A stretch of 27,447 nt of DNA from a virus. Taxonomy: Duplodnaviria > Caudoviricetes. How positions within the stretch are numbered: position 1 is the stretch's first letter; each line of letters opens with the position of its first letter. The position numbers and the translations under genes were made by a program. This document shows, piece after piece, positions 1-8,896 of this stretch. The notes under the pieces are model-generated. The model did no database searches and was not told where the DNA came from. It saw nothing but the letters and a program-made list of their open reading frames with translations. Where the stretch lies: IMG/VR virus record IMGVR_UViG_3300008107_000471, positions 1 through 27,447 of that record; one strand, written 5' to 3'.

Positions 1-1
1 G

Positions 2-1414
2 CTTGAGCCGCAGCTTGATAGCGTCCAGCGAGAGAAGAACTCCCAGCAGGGCATCTCCGAAGGGACGATGAACCCTGATGATCGTGATCGTGAGATCTAC
101 GAGTGATACTGCGAACTGGACATTCAGGGCTTTGAGCATCGCTACAAGGGCAAGCACTCTGGCCTTGAGATCCCGTATCGCGTGACGATTGATGTCTCGA
201 CCAAGCAGATCCTGTCCGTCGTTCGCAACTACGACGAAGAGGATGGTGATCTTCCCGAAGCACGACAGGTGTTCGTGAAGTACCAGTTCGTTCCGGGCAT
301 GGGCTTCTACGACATTGGCCTGCTGCACATTCTCGGGAACACGACCAATGCGATGACTGCTGCTTGGCGCGAACTGCTGGACGCTGGGATGTACGCGAAC
401 TTCCCCGGCTTCCTCATGGCAGACACGGGTGCGCGCCAGAACACCAATATCTTCCGTGTTCCTCCGGGTGGTGGTGCGCTGGTGAAGACCGGCGGGCTGC
501 CTATCAGTCAGGCTGTGATGCCGCTGCCGTACAAGGAGCCGAGCGGTGCGCTGATGAACCTCGTCCAGAACATGGGCGAGACGGGCGCGAGGGTCGGTGG
601 AACGTCGGAGCTTGCCGTTGGCGAGGGGAAGGCCGATGCGCCGGTCGGCACGACGCTAGCCCTGATCGATCAGGCCACGAAGGTGATGAATGCCGTCCAC
701 AAGCGTATGCACAACGCGCAGGCTGAAGAGTTCCAGCTTCTGGTGAGGTGCTTCCGCGAGCATCCTGAGAGCTTCTGGCAGCGATGCAAGAAGCCAAGCA
801 TCGAGTGGAACGAGCAGACGTTCGTGCAGGCTCTGAACGATTGCGAGCTTGTGCCGCAGGCTGATCCCAACACGGCCAGCCATACGCAGCGTGTAATGAA
901 GGTCATGGCGTTGAAGCAGCTTCAGGCTGCTAATCCCAACATGTACGATCCCGTTGCGATTGACACGGAAGCCCTGAAGACGATTGGCTGGAGCAACCCC
1001 GAGCAGTTCCTGATCCCGATGGAAGCTCAGGGCAGGCCGCATCCTGAACTGATCGAGAAGATGGAGCGCCTGAAGATCGACAAGCAGAAGGCTGACGCCG
1101 ACACGATGCGCGCGCAGGCTGATGTTCAGGGGCAGATGGAGAAGCTCCAGCTTGAGAACGCGAAGACGCAGATCGACGCGCACAGCAAGGTCACGAAGAC
1201 GAACATCGATGCCGAGAAGGCGAAGGCTGAGATGGGCTACTCCGAGGCTGATCTGGAGAGCAAGAAGGAAGATCGCCTGTCGAAGGAGCGCGTACAGCTT
1301 ATCGACCTCGCCCAGAACCTCGCCGTCCACCCCGAGAGCGCCGGTCTGGTGGCTCCGCTGATCCGTCCTGCTCTGAACGAGCTTGCGACTGACAAGAGCG
1401 TCGGTGGCGTCTGA
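2..1414 (+). CDS. Phage portal protein, 5'-truncated by window edge; contains an in-frame TGA at 104-106
   Basis: Frame 2 reads as continuous protein from base 2 (LEPQLDSVQREKNSQQG...DREIYE*YCELDIQGFEH...PYRVTID) into the 182..1414 ORF. Motifs FVKYQFVPGMGFYDIGLLH, LLDAG..ANFPG, PLPYKEPS, APVGTTLAL, HKRMH.AQ.EEF and VPQADPN are typical of P22-like/podoviral portals. C-terminal coiled coil; first gene of the structural module. Confidence 0.85.
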
Positions 1415-1857
1415 TGGCTGACGATGATGACATCGGCAATGCCATCAGGATTGCCAAGAGCGGAGCATCTACAGTCGATTCTCCAGCTCAAAAGATGATG
1501 TCCGAGTACAAAGATGACACTTGGGATCATCCTTTTGATAGCAGGTCTAGGCTTTTGAACACTCAAACAGGGCTGGAACCTAGGTCTGACTTTGCTGAAA
1601 TTGAAATGGGAAAGTCTGGAGATGACGAAATTCATGTAAATTCTATCAAAGCGTTGACAAAAAGGCGCGGACAGGGGACTCAGGCGCTTCAATACATCAA
1701 AAATCTCGCTGATAAGCATGGAGTTACGATTACTGGACATGCAAAACCATACGGTTCTGGCGGAATGAACGCAAAAGACCTGAAAGATTGGTACAAAAGG
1801 CATGGATTTTCTATCAATAGGTCTGGTGACATGATCAGGAAGCCTCAAAAGGGCTGA
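1414..1857 (+). CDS. GNAT-fold acetyltransferase-like protein
   Basis: Coupled to the portal by a TGATG overlap. IHVNSI..L.KRRGQGTQALQYIKNLADKHG resembles acetyl-CoA-binding motif A, and LKDWYKRHGF resembles the C-terminal FY.K.GF motif. Confidence 0.65.
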   Translation: MADDDDIGNAIRIAKSGASTVDSPAQKMMSEYKDDTWDHPFDSRSRLLNTQTGLEPRSDFAEIEMGKSGDDEIHVNSIKALTKRRGQGTQALQYIKNLADKHGVTITGHAKPYGSGGMNAKDLKDWYKRHGFSINRSGDMIRKPQKG

Positions 1858-1873
1858 TAGGCGGGAGTTTTCG

Positions 1874-4800
1874 ATGAACTACGACCAGATCATCCGCAAT
1901 GCCCTGCGACTTGCGAAGGCTCCTCGCAGGTTTGCCTCTGGTGGAGAGGTTGTTCCCAAGAAAATGGGAACTTCTCCCATCCCAAAGGGTATGGTTCGTC
2001 GTTTTCATGTTACTGGATCTCAAAATATTGATGATATCAAGAAGAATGGTCTCACCATGCAAAAGGCTCGCGGCATTGAGGGGCCAAAAGCAATCTATTC
2101 TTGGCCCGATGAAGATAGTGCAAGGTCATATGCCGGGCCTTACGGCTCAATAGTTGAGTTCTACGACCATCCCGAAAACTATGATAGCCATCGATTTGGC
2201 CGACTTGGTGATGTTCCAAAGGATCAGATTCTGGCAATCCATGAGCCGTGGCACGAAAGATACCGATATGCACTTGAGGAAAATATTCCCTCAACGGTAT
2301 TGAGGGATGCTGGCGGTCCAGATTACGAAAAAGCTGCTGATGCTCTTGATAAGAGCCGGGGATATGCTCTTGGCGGGGAGGCAGATTCCAAGGACATCTC
2401 GCCATCCATCTCAAATCCCGTCTCCGTCTTCCCCAAGCCACAGAGGATGTTTCCCTCTGATGCACCTGTCCCCGGTGGTCAGTATCTGGGAATGCCTGAC
2501 AAGCAGGACATGACCGGCCACAAGTCTGCCGTGGCGTCGATTGGTGTCCATCCCGGCGGCAAGCCCTACTTCAATGCATCGAAGGACGCTGTTGATCAGA
2601 CCGGGACCGCTGGAAAGGCGAAGACCAAGACGAACCTGTTCAAGCAGAAGGCTGGCTGGTCTTGGCAGAACGCGCCAGAGGGGCATGAGGACACGAACAC
2701 GATTGTGTCTGTCGAGCATCGCGGCAAGCACTACTACGCTCTGAACGCTCATTTCCCGAAGGGAGTGGACTTCGCGAGGTACGAGAAGGCCAAGAGCGAG
2801 CCTCGACTGCGTCCGACAACGACCGGGGATGTATTCCTTGGTCCGCAGGCAGGGACGATCAGCGTCAGGGGCAAGGAGCATCCCGTCTATCATCATGTTG
2901 TGGTGAAGGCTGATGGTGGAGCGGTCGGCTATGCCTCTGGCGGGGACGTAGACCAGCCTCGTCAGCTAGATGACCGTGGCTTCTACAGCGCAGCAGCCGA
3001 AGCTGCCCGTTCCCTCCCCCAAGCCAAGGGCAGTCCATCCCAGATGATGGCTACCATGAAGGGGGTGAAGCCCTCCGAGCTTGAGTGGTCCGGTGCCGGG
3101 AAGGCTTTTGCCAACCAGAAGACCGTGACCAGAGACGATCTGGCGCAGCATTTTGAGCAGAATGTCCCTAAGATCACCGAAACTGTTCTTGGTGGAAATG
3201 CTAATGCCAATCCTAGAACAAAATATCAGGATTACACACTAGGAAATACTTATGGAAACGAAATTCCAAGGGATCGAAACTATAGAGAAATTTTGCTTGG
3301 TCTTGATAATCCAAAAATACTTCATCAATCAAGTCATTGGGACGAACCCAATGTAATTGCCCACCTGCGAATGCAAGATCGCGGCCCTAACAATGACGTT
3401 CTTCACCTTGAAGAGCTTCAATCCGATTGGGCGCAAAAGGGAAGAGATGAAGGATTTTTTACCAAAGAGGATCTTATCAAAAGAGAAGCAGCAAAAAAGT
3501 CTTTTGAAGAATATTCAAAAGAATTAGCAGATAAATACGGTCTAAATCCAAGGTTAAATCTTGCGATGTACAGGAGCATTGCGGGAATGCACGACTCAGA
3601 AGTTGAAAAATATGAACAACTTCAGAGGGAAGCAATTATTACTGGTGCAATTATAAAAAATAAAAAAATCAACCCCGCTCCATACGTCACTAACACCGAT
3701 CATTGGACCGAGCTTGCCCTTAAGCGCGCTCTGATCGAGGCCGCGCGCGGCGGCTACAACAAGCTCGTCTGGACTCCGGGTGAGGAGCAGGCGAAGAGGT
3801 ACAGTCTTGGGAATTATGCGGATAAAATTAAATATAGTCCAGAGGGAGAAACACTTAGAGGATATAAAAATGGTGAAATGATTTTTGCCAAAGCAGGTGT
3901 AAAACAAGATAGCTTGCATGAGCATATTGGAATGGAGCTTGCTGATGAAATTATGCAGCACCGCAATTCAGTAGAAGAAAATGGAAGAGTTTTTCATGAA
4001 TTGACCGGTCAACAGTTGTTCATGGGCGGAAAGGGCATGACTGAGTATTACGGCAAGATTCTACCCAATGCTCTTCGTCGTGTTCTAAAGCCCCATACAA
4101 ACAAGATCCAGCCGACCTCCCATGTCGTTAAGGACAACGATGGAAATGACGTTACTCTCCCCGGCATTGAGATCACTCCAGAGATGCGCGATTCGATCCT
4201 GAAGAAGGGCTTCTCGCATTACGCTCATGGTGGTGAGGTGCGCCAGCACTTTGAGGTTGGTGGTGGTGCAGAGGGTGGAGACTCGGGCGGCGACGATTCG
4301 TCCAATGGAGATGGGGACAGCTTCAGTTCCAACTCTGACATGGCGGATTTTGGCAGCCAGACGGAACGTGAAGATTCCAGTCCAGCCGCTCCATCCTACT
4401 CCCCGACAGATCAAGATCCCTCGATGCTTGGCGGGGCTACAGAGATGGCATTCTCTCCTCTCGGCTCCGGGTCACTTGGAGTTGGGGCTGGGCAAGTGAG
4501 CGGCAGCGTCCTTGGCAATGCCGAGCAGAACTTGAACACAGGGCCGGGGGTTGTTGGCTTCATCGGTGGATCGCCTCTTGGCGCTCTTGCGTATGCGATG
4601 GAGCAAATCAACAACACCTACTATGATGGCAAGGCTCGCGCCGATGTAGACCAGAACGTCGGTGGTCCATCGTCTGGTCAGAACCCAACTGCTGCGGATG
4701 TAGTGTATCCGCAGTCTGCAAATCCCTCTGGAGGTTTCAGGCTCTCCAGCGATGATGAAGAGACGCAGGCTGGCATGGTGAAGCCTGTTGCGTTCGCTCC

Positions 4801-4930
4801 TCCCGCTCCTCCGATGATGGCTTCTGGCGGGAAGGCACGAAATTCCCATCCCGTTCTTTCAATTCCCGGTGTACATATCAGGGAAGAGATCCACGGCAGG
4901 CCGATCTTCCTTGGAGACAGAAATGGATGA
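1874..4930 (+). CDS. Large polyvalent (multi-domain) putative virion/ejected protein: ART-like domain + unknown domain + EELQSDW-type domain + acidic low-complexity tail
   Basis: 1018-aa ORF with SD GGAG upstream. Domain 1 has FHVT...IKKNGL...AIYSW...ARSYA (ADP-ribosyltransferase-fold pattern). Domain 3 has GFYS...YREILL...HWDEPNVIAHLR...EELQSDW...APY...LKRAL...GM.EYY, a pattern recalled from phage large polyvalent proteins. Domains are separated by xAxGG motifs. Confidence 0.65.
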   Translation: MNYDQIIRNALRLAKAPRRFASGGEVVPKKMGTSPIPKGMVRRFHVTGSQNIDDIKKNGLTMQKARGIEGPKAIYSWPDEDSARSYAGPYGSIVEFYDHPENYDSHRFGRLGDVPKDQILAIHEPWHERYRYALEENIPSTVLRDAGGPDYEKAADALDKSRGYALGGEADSKDISPSISNPVSVFPKPQRMFPSDAPVPGGQYLGMPDKQDMTGHKSAVASIGVHPGGKPYFNASKDAVDQTGTAGKAKTKTNLFKQKAGWSWQNAPEGHEDTNTIVSVEHRGKHYYALNAHFPKGVDFARYEKAKSEPRLRPTTTGDVFLGPQAGTISVRGKEHPVYHHVVVKADGGAVGYASGGDVDQPRQLDDRGFYSAAAEAARSLPQAKGSPSQMMATMKGVKPSELEWSGAGKAFANQKTVTRDDLAQHFEQNVPKITETVLGGNANANPRTKYQDYTLGNTYGNEIPRDRNYREILLGLDNPKILHQSSHWDEPNVIAHLRMQDRGPNNDVLHLEELQSDWAQKGRDEGFFTKEDLIKREAAKKSFEEYSKELADKYGLNPRLNLAMYRSIAGMHDSEVEKYEQLQREAIITGAIIKNKKINPAPYVTNTDHWTELALKRALIEAARGGYNKLVWTPGEEQAKRYSLGNYADKIKYSPEGETLRGYKNGEMIFAKAGVKQDSLHEHIGMELADEIMQHRNSVEENGRVFHELTGQQLFMGGKGMTEYYGKILPNALRRVLKPHTNKIQPTSHVVKDNDGNDVTLPGIEITPEMRDSILKKGFSHYAHGGEVRQHFEVGGGAEGGDSGGDDSSNGDGDSFSSNSDMADFGSQTEREDSSPAAPSYSPTDQDPSMLGGATEMAFSPLGSGSLGVGAGQVSGSVLGNAEQNLNTGPGVVGFIGGSPLGALAYAMEQINNTYYDGKARADVDQNVGGPSSGQNPTAADVVYPQSANPSGGFRLSSDDEETQAGMVKPVAFAPPAPPMMASGGKARNSHPVLSIPGVHIREEIHGRPIFLGDRNG

Positions 4931-6302
4931 CGATCAGGAAGCACCTCCTCCTCTCTCCGACAAGGAAACCAAGGATCTTGTCGGCAAGATTCAGTCTGTT
5001 CTGACGCCCGATCTTCTTAAGCCAAAGTACAGGAAGATGAGCGAAGGCGAGCATCCAACCTTCGGTCATTGTGGATCAGCTACTCAGGCCGCGTATTACA
5101 TGCTTGGCGGAGAGGAAAGCGGTTACGTCCCTCAAGTTGCAAATCTAGGTGACGGCACGACTCATTGGTGGCTTCGACATCGCGATACGGGTCATGTGAT
5201 TGACCCGACCAAGGAGCAATTCACCAGCAAGGGTAAGAAGCCCCCGTATGACCGTGGCCGGGGCTGTGGCTTCCCCAATCCCAACCCTGATGTTCCGTCC
5301 AAGCGAGGTCAGGAGATCATCAATCGCATCAGGGGCAGGGCTGCTAGGGCATCTGGCGGCTCCGTCGATGAATCCGACATCGCCTCTCCTCCCCCTGCGG
5401 AAGAGACAGGCATCGACGCTTATCACGGTTCTCCGCATGAATTTGAACAGTTCGACAGTTCCAAGATCGGCACCGGGGAGGGGGCGCAGGCTTATGGGCA
5501 TGGGTTGTATTTTGCTGAGCATGAACCTATAGCAAAAGGATATAGAGATAGGCTATCACAAAGCGATGTACAAATTGGGAAATATTTTTACGATCCAGCG
5601 GCACTAATGCATTATTTAGAAAATCCAAAATCTCTTGATGACGAGATAAGAAAAAATTATGATATTCTCGAGAGAAACATAAAACTTTTTGAGAGAAACA
5701 ATAGGGATTTTGGAGAAGCAGCAAAAGCAATTGATTTAATAGAAATAGACAAACTTGAACAGTTAAAAAAAATAGATTTAAGTAAAATTAATATTCCAAA
5801 AGGCCACATGTACGAGGTCCGCATCAACGCGCACCCGGATCACTTCCTTGATTGGGACAAGCCTCTAAGCGAGCATAAACCAGAGGTGCAAAAGGCACTT
5901 TCTGGACTTGATCCCTATGTCACATCAAGCGGAGAAAAGATTTGGAAAGAGTTGTCTAAACCAGCCTTTGCATCAACTCCAACAAATACACCTAAAGAAG
6001 CTGCGGATTGGTTAAGGAAACAAGGCATCGTAGGCATCAAGTACCTTGATGCCGGATCGCGCAGGGAAGGTAAGGGAACACACAACTACGTCGTGTTCGA
6101 TGACAAGCTGATCAACATCAAGCGTCGCTATGAGATGGGCGGCGCGGTTCCTATGGCTTCTGGCGGGGAAACAGGAGATACTCAGAACATGCCCCAAGGC
6201 ATCTCCCCTGAGCAGCAGAGCCTGCTCGACCAGCTTTCCCGAGCCATAGACGAGTCTGTGGCCAGCAGGACTACAACATCAACCGTTTGCAGGATGCTCT
6301 GA
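4923..6302 (+). CDS. Polyvalent protein: papain/transglutaminase-like Cys-His-Asp domain + ART-PolyVal-like ADP-ribosyltransferase; probably the 5' half of a frame-broken gene continuing to 8884
   Basis: ATG at 4923 with GGAG SD at 4913 is preferred over the track start 4869. GHC(5070)...HWWL(5163)...IDPT(5202) triad pattern, then AYHGSPHEFEQFD...GTGEGAQAYGHGLYFAE...GIKYLD...NYVVFD, the ART-PolyVal signature. Confidence 0.7.
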   Translation: MDDDQEAPPPLSDKETKDLVGKIQSVLTPDLLKPKYRKMSEGEHPTFGHCGSATQAAYYMLGGEESGYVPQVANLGDGTTHWWLRHRDTGHVIDPTKEQFTSKGKKPPYDRGRGCGFPNPNPDVPSKRGQEIINRIRGRAARASGGSVDESDIASPPPAEETGIDAYHGSPHEFEQFDSSKIGTGEGAQAYGHGLYFAEHEPIAKGYRDRLSQSDVQIGKYFYDPAALMHYLENPKSLDDEIRKNYDILERNIKLFERNNRDFGEAAKAIDLIEIDKLEQLKKIDLSKINIPKGHMYEVRINAHPDHFLDWDKPLSEHKPEVQKALSGLDPYVTSSGEKIWKELSKPAFASTPTNTPKEAADWLRKQGIVGIKYLDAGSRREGKGTHNYVVFDDKLINIKRRYEMGGAVPMASGGETGDTQNMPQGISPEQQSLLDQLSRAIDESVASRTTTSTVCRML

Positions 6303-8884
6303 ACAGGGTGCCTGCTGCGGCTCATGGCGGGGCTATGGGCTACGCCGAAGGCGGGGACGTAGAGAACAACCCTGCCGTCCAGAAGGCTCTGTCCCTGACC
6401 TCTGGCGTCAACACCCCGGCTCTCCACAGCACGTTTGGCCTTGAGAACCGCCCCTCTGCCATTGTCTCTCCTCGCCCCGGCAAGGGTGGTGGTCCTCCGA
6501 TCACTCACAGGCCAGAGAACTTTGATCCTTCGTTGGTTACGGATCAGGAGCCTTGGACATACTCCACTCCTGACATCATTGGTGCGTCCAAGCCCCCGCC
6601 TGTTCAACACCCTGTGTTCAATGAACCTAGGATGAAGAACATCACTAGGCACACAGCAAAGATTTTTAACAATAAAAACTTTGCAAAAATTGTTAAGGAA
6701 ATTACAGGTCTTGAAGGTGTTACCGCCACTCCGACTGTTGGAACTTGGCAAAAGGAGATGGAGCCTTCTTTCATCATTCATCATCCTGAGATGACATCTG
6801 ACCATGCCAAGGCTCTCGCTCACCTTCTGGGATTTGGATTCCAGCAGGATGCAGCGGTACACACTTGGCACAACGATTCGACTGAGGATGGCATCCCAGC
6901 CCTTCTCATTGGCAACGGGAACAAGTTGACAAACAAAGACATTGATCGTATAGCTAAGCTAGCAAATCATCACGGAATTGACTTTACTGTAACTGCCGAT
7001 GGAAAGGCTGCAAAGTTTCTTCATTTTGGTGATGAAAAGAGCTATCACGATTTTGCCGATAAAGTTGGCAATATTGCAGACTCTACTGGCATGAGCGAAA
7101 AGTATCATGCCAAAACTCAAGGAGACCTGATCTATGCGAAAGACTATCTCAATGGCATATTCGGAAAAGGTGGCGGCTCAGAAGGGGTTCAAGCCAGCCC
7201 CGAAAGATCACCCGATCTATTCCGAAGGATTGTCGATCACATTCTTGCACCATACTCGAAAGCCGTCGCATCAGAAGGCTATCGCCTCTCACCAGAAAGG
7301 CTCCAAGAGGCATACGGACTGACTGATGATGAGGCTGAGTATGTAAGGAAGGCAATGCGGCCTTCTGGCCGGGCAGACAGGACAACAATCCCCCTGATGA
7401 CAGGAAAGGAGAAGTTGGATATCCGCCCCACAGGCAGCAGGGGGCAGCCTACTGTCGAAGACGCCTTGTATGCGCTTCAAAATCGAGCGGCAGCCAAGGG
7501 GCAAATTGATCCGGGCGACTACAGTAAGCAGGCAATGAACAAGATTGCCAGCGATATTGCGGAAGAAGTTAAGTATCACATGGATTCCAGCAATGCTGGA
7601 AACCAGAAATCTGCTATTGGATGGTATGATTCAGCCTTAAAAGCTGCAATGGGCAAGTATACAGATATCTTTCCGCAGCTTCTAAAAAATCAAGATGACA
7701 AAATGCTGTTTCATGCCATCCTTGGAATTACATCTCAGGGCAATGACGTTTATTCCAATTCAATAAATGCCGCTAGGGTGTTTTCTCTGATGAAAAATCA
7801 GGGAATGAGCCTTCCAAATGCGGTAAAGAAGCTTTCGGGAACTTTTGGAGCGCAAACAAACGCAATTGAGCAAAATCTACTGAAGCTCCACCATCTTTTG
7901 AATACAAATGGCTTCAATGCCATGCGGTCTTTTTTTAACAACAAGACAACTGTATCTCAGCTAAATAGCTTTTTGAGGAAAAATCCGCAATTCTTTGGTC
8001 CATCTGGCAATCCCCTTGAGGCTCAAGGCAAGGGTGATCAGATTGTATCTGGATGGTCTGTTTTTGGACCCAAAATTGGTTCGTTTATTAACAATCTGCA
8101 TGGTGACTACTCTACCCTGACTGCCGATCTTTGGTTCTCCAGAACTTGGAACAGGCTTCTTGGTCATAATTTTGTACATACTCCCATAACTGAAGCAAAG
8201 CAGTATAGGGATCTTCGCGATGCGATGACTGCGGAACATGCTTATCACAACGGACTTCCGGCTGAACAGGCTCCTTATACAAAAAATGGGAAAATAGACA
8301 CAAGCCGTAATTGGCTTCATGGTTCAGATTTGAAGGACATGAACCATGATGAGTTTAAAAATTTGATAAATGATCCAGAAGCCGTGCTTAATTTTGCAAA
8401 AGATGTGGCCGATAAGTACGCAGATAGTGGATATAAGGACAAATCTGACGTTAGGCGCAGGGCAAAGAATTGGATTGAAAACAGGGAAAAGCCTGTTGAG
8501 GCTCCAAGGGGAGATGAAGAGCGAGCCTTTCAGCAGAACACCGCCGAGCTTGCTCAAAAGCTTATAAAGAAGAGATACGGTGTAGATATCAGCATAGCTG
8601 ATATTCAGGCCGCCTTGTGGTTTCACGAAAAGGAACTTTTCGACAAGCTTGGAGTTTCTTCCAAGAAAACCAAGCCTGCCGATTACGTTGATGCCGCTGA
8701 CCAGACAATTGAGCTAATGAAGAACGGTCAACTCTTTCAGGCTCAGTCCAAGAAAAGGAAGGCCGAAAAGGCATCTGGCGGGTCAGTCGTTGACCAAGCC
8801 CTTCGTTTGGTGTCTAAATACAAGGCGCATCCAGATAGTGCCTTGTCCATGTCCAAGCACTTGATTCAGCGGGGACGCCCGTAA
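6287..8884 (+). CDS. Polyvalent protein (3' part): unknown domain + HhH DNA-glycosylase-like domain
   Basis: 865-aa ORF with a weak TTG start and no adjacent SD; the frame is open from 6212. The C-terminal half has GWY...AILGITSQG...N...GPKIGSFINNLHG...TADLWFSR...IQAALW, a pattern recalled from phage HhH-glycosylase-like (DUF7178-type) domains. Confidence 0.55.
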   Translation: MQDALNRVPAAAHGGAMGYAEGGDVENNPAVQKALSLTSGVNTPALHSTFGLENRPSAIVSPRPGKGGGPPITHRPENFDPSLVTDQEPWTYSTPDIIGASKPPPVQHPVFNEPRMKNITRHTAKIFNNKNFAKIVKEITGLEGVTATPTVGTWQKEMEPSFIIHHPEMTSDHAKALAHLLGFGFQQDAAVHTWHNDSTEDGIPALLIGNGNKLTNKDIDRIAKLANHHGIDFTVTADGKAAKFLHFGDEKSYHDFADKVGNIADSTGMSEKYHAKTQGDLIYAKDYLNGIFGKGGGSEGVQASPERSPDLFRRIVDHILAPYSKAVASEGYRLSPERLQEAYGLTDDEAEYVRKAMRPSGRADRTTIPLMTGKEKLDIRPTGSRGQPTVEDALYALQNRAAAKGQIDPGDYSKQAMNKIASDIAEEVKYHMDSSNAGNQKSAIGWYDSALKAAMGKYTDIFPQLLKNQDDKMLFHAILGITSQGNDVYSNSINAARVFSLMKNQGMSLPNAVKKLSGTFGAQTNAIEQNLLKLHHLLNTNGFNAMRSFFNNKTTVSQLNSFLRKNPQFFGPSGNPLEAQGKGDQIVSGWSVFGPKIGSFINNLHGDYSTLTADLWFSRTWNRLLGHNFVHTPITEAKQYRDLRDAMTAEHAYHNGLPAEQAPYTKNGKIDTSRNWLHGSDLKDMNHDEFKNLINDPEAVLNFAKDVADKYADSGYKDKSDVRRRAKNWIENREKPVEAPRGDEERAFQQNTAELAQKLIKKRYGVDISIADIQAALWFHEKELFDKLGVSSKKTKPADYVDAADQTIELMKNGQLFQAQSKKRKAEKASGGSVVDQALRLVSKYKAHPDSALSMSKHLIQRGRP

Positions 8885-8896
8885 GGAGAAGACGAG

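Noticed and set aside
1390-1414. Portal C-terminus KSVGGV as another GG motif or ubiquitin-like end
   Set aside because: This is a single partial match ending at the stop codon and could easily be chance.
6231-6243. CTTTCCC as a programmed -1 slippery site
   Set aside because: It is not in X XXY YYZ phase with the upstream frame, and shifting here yields a less protein-like junction.
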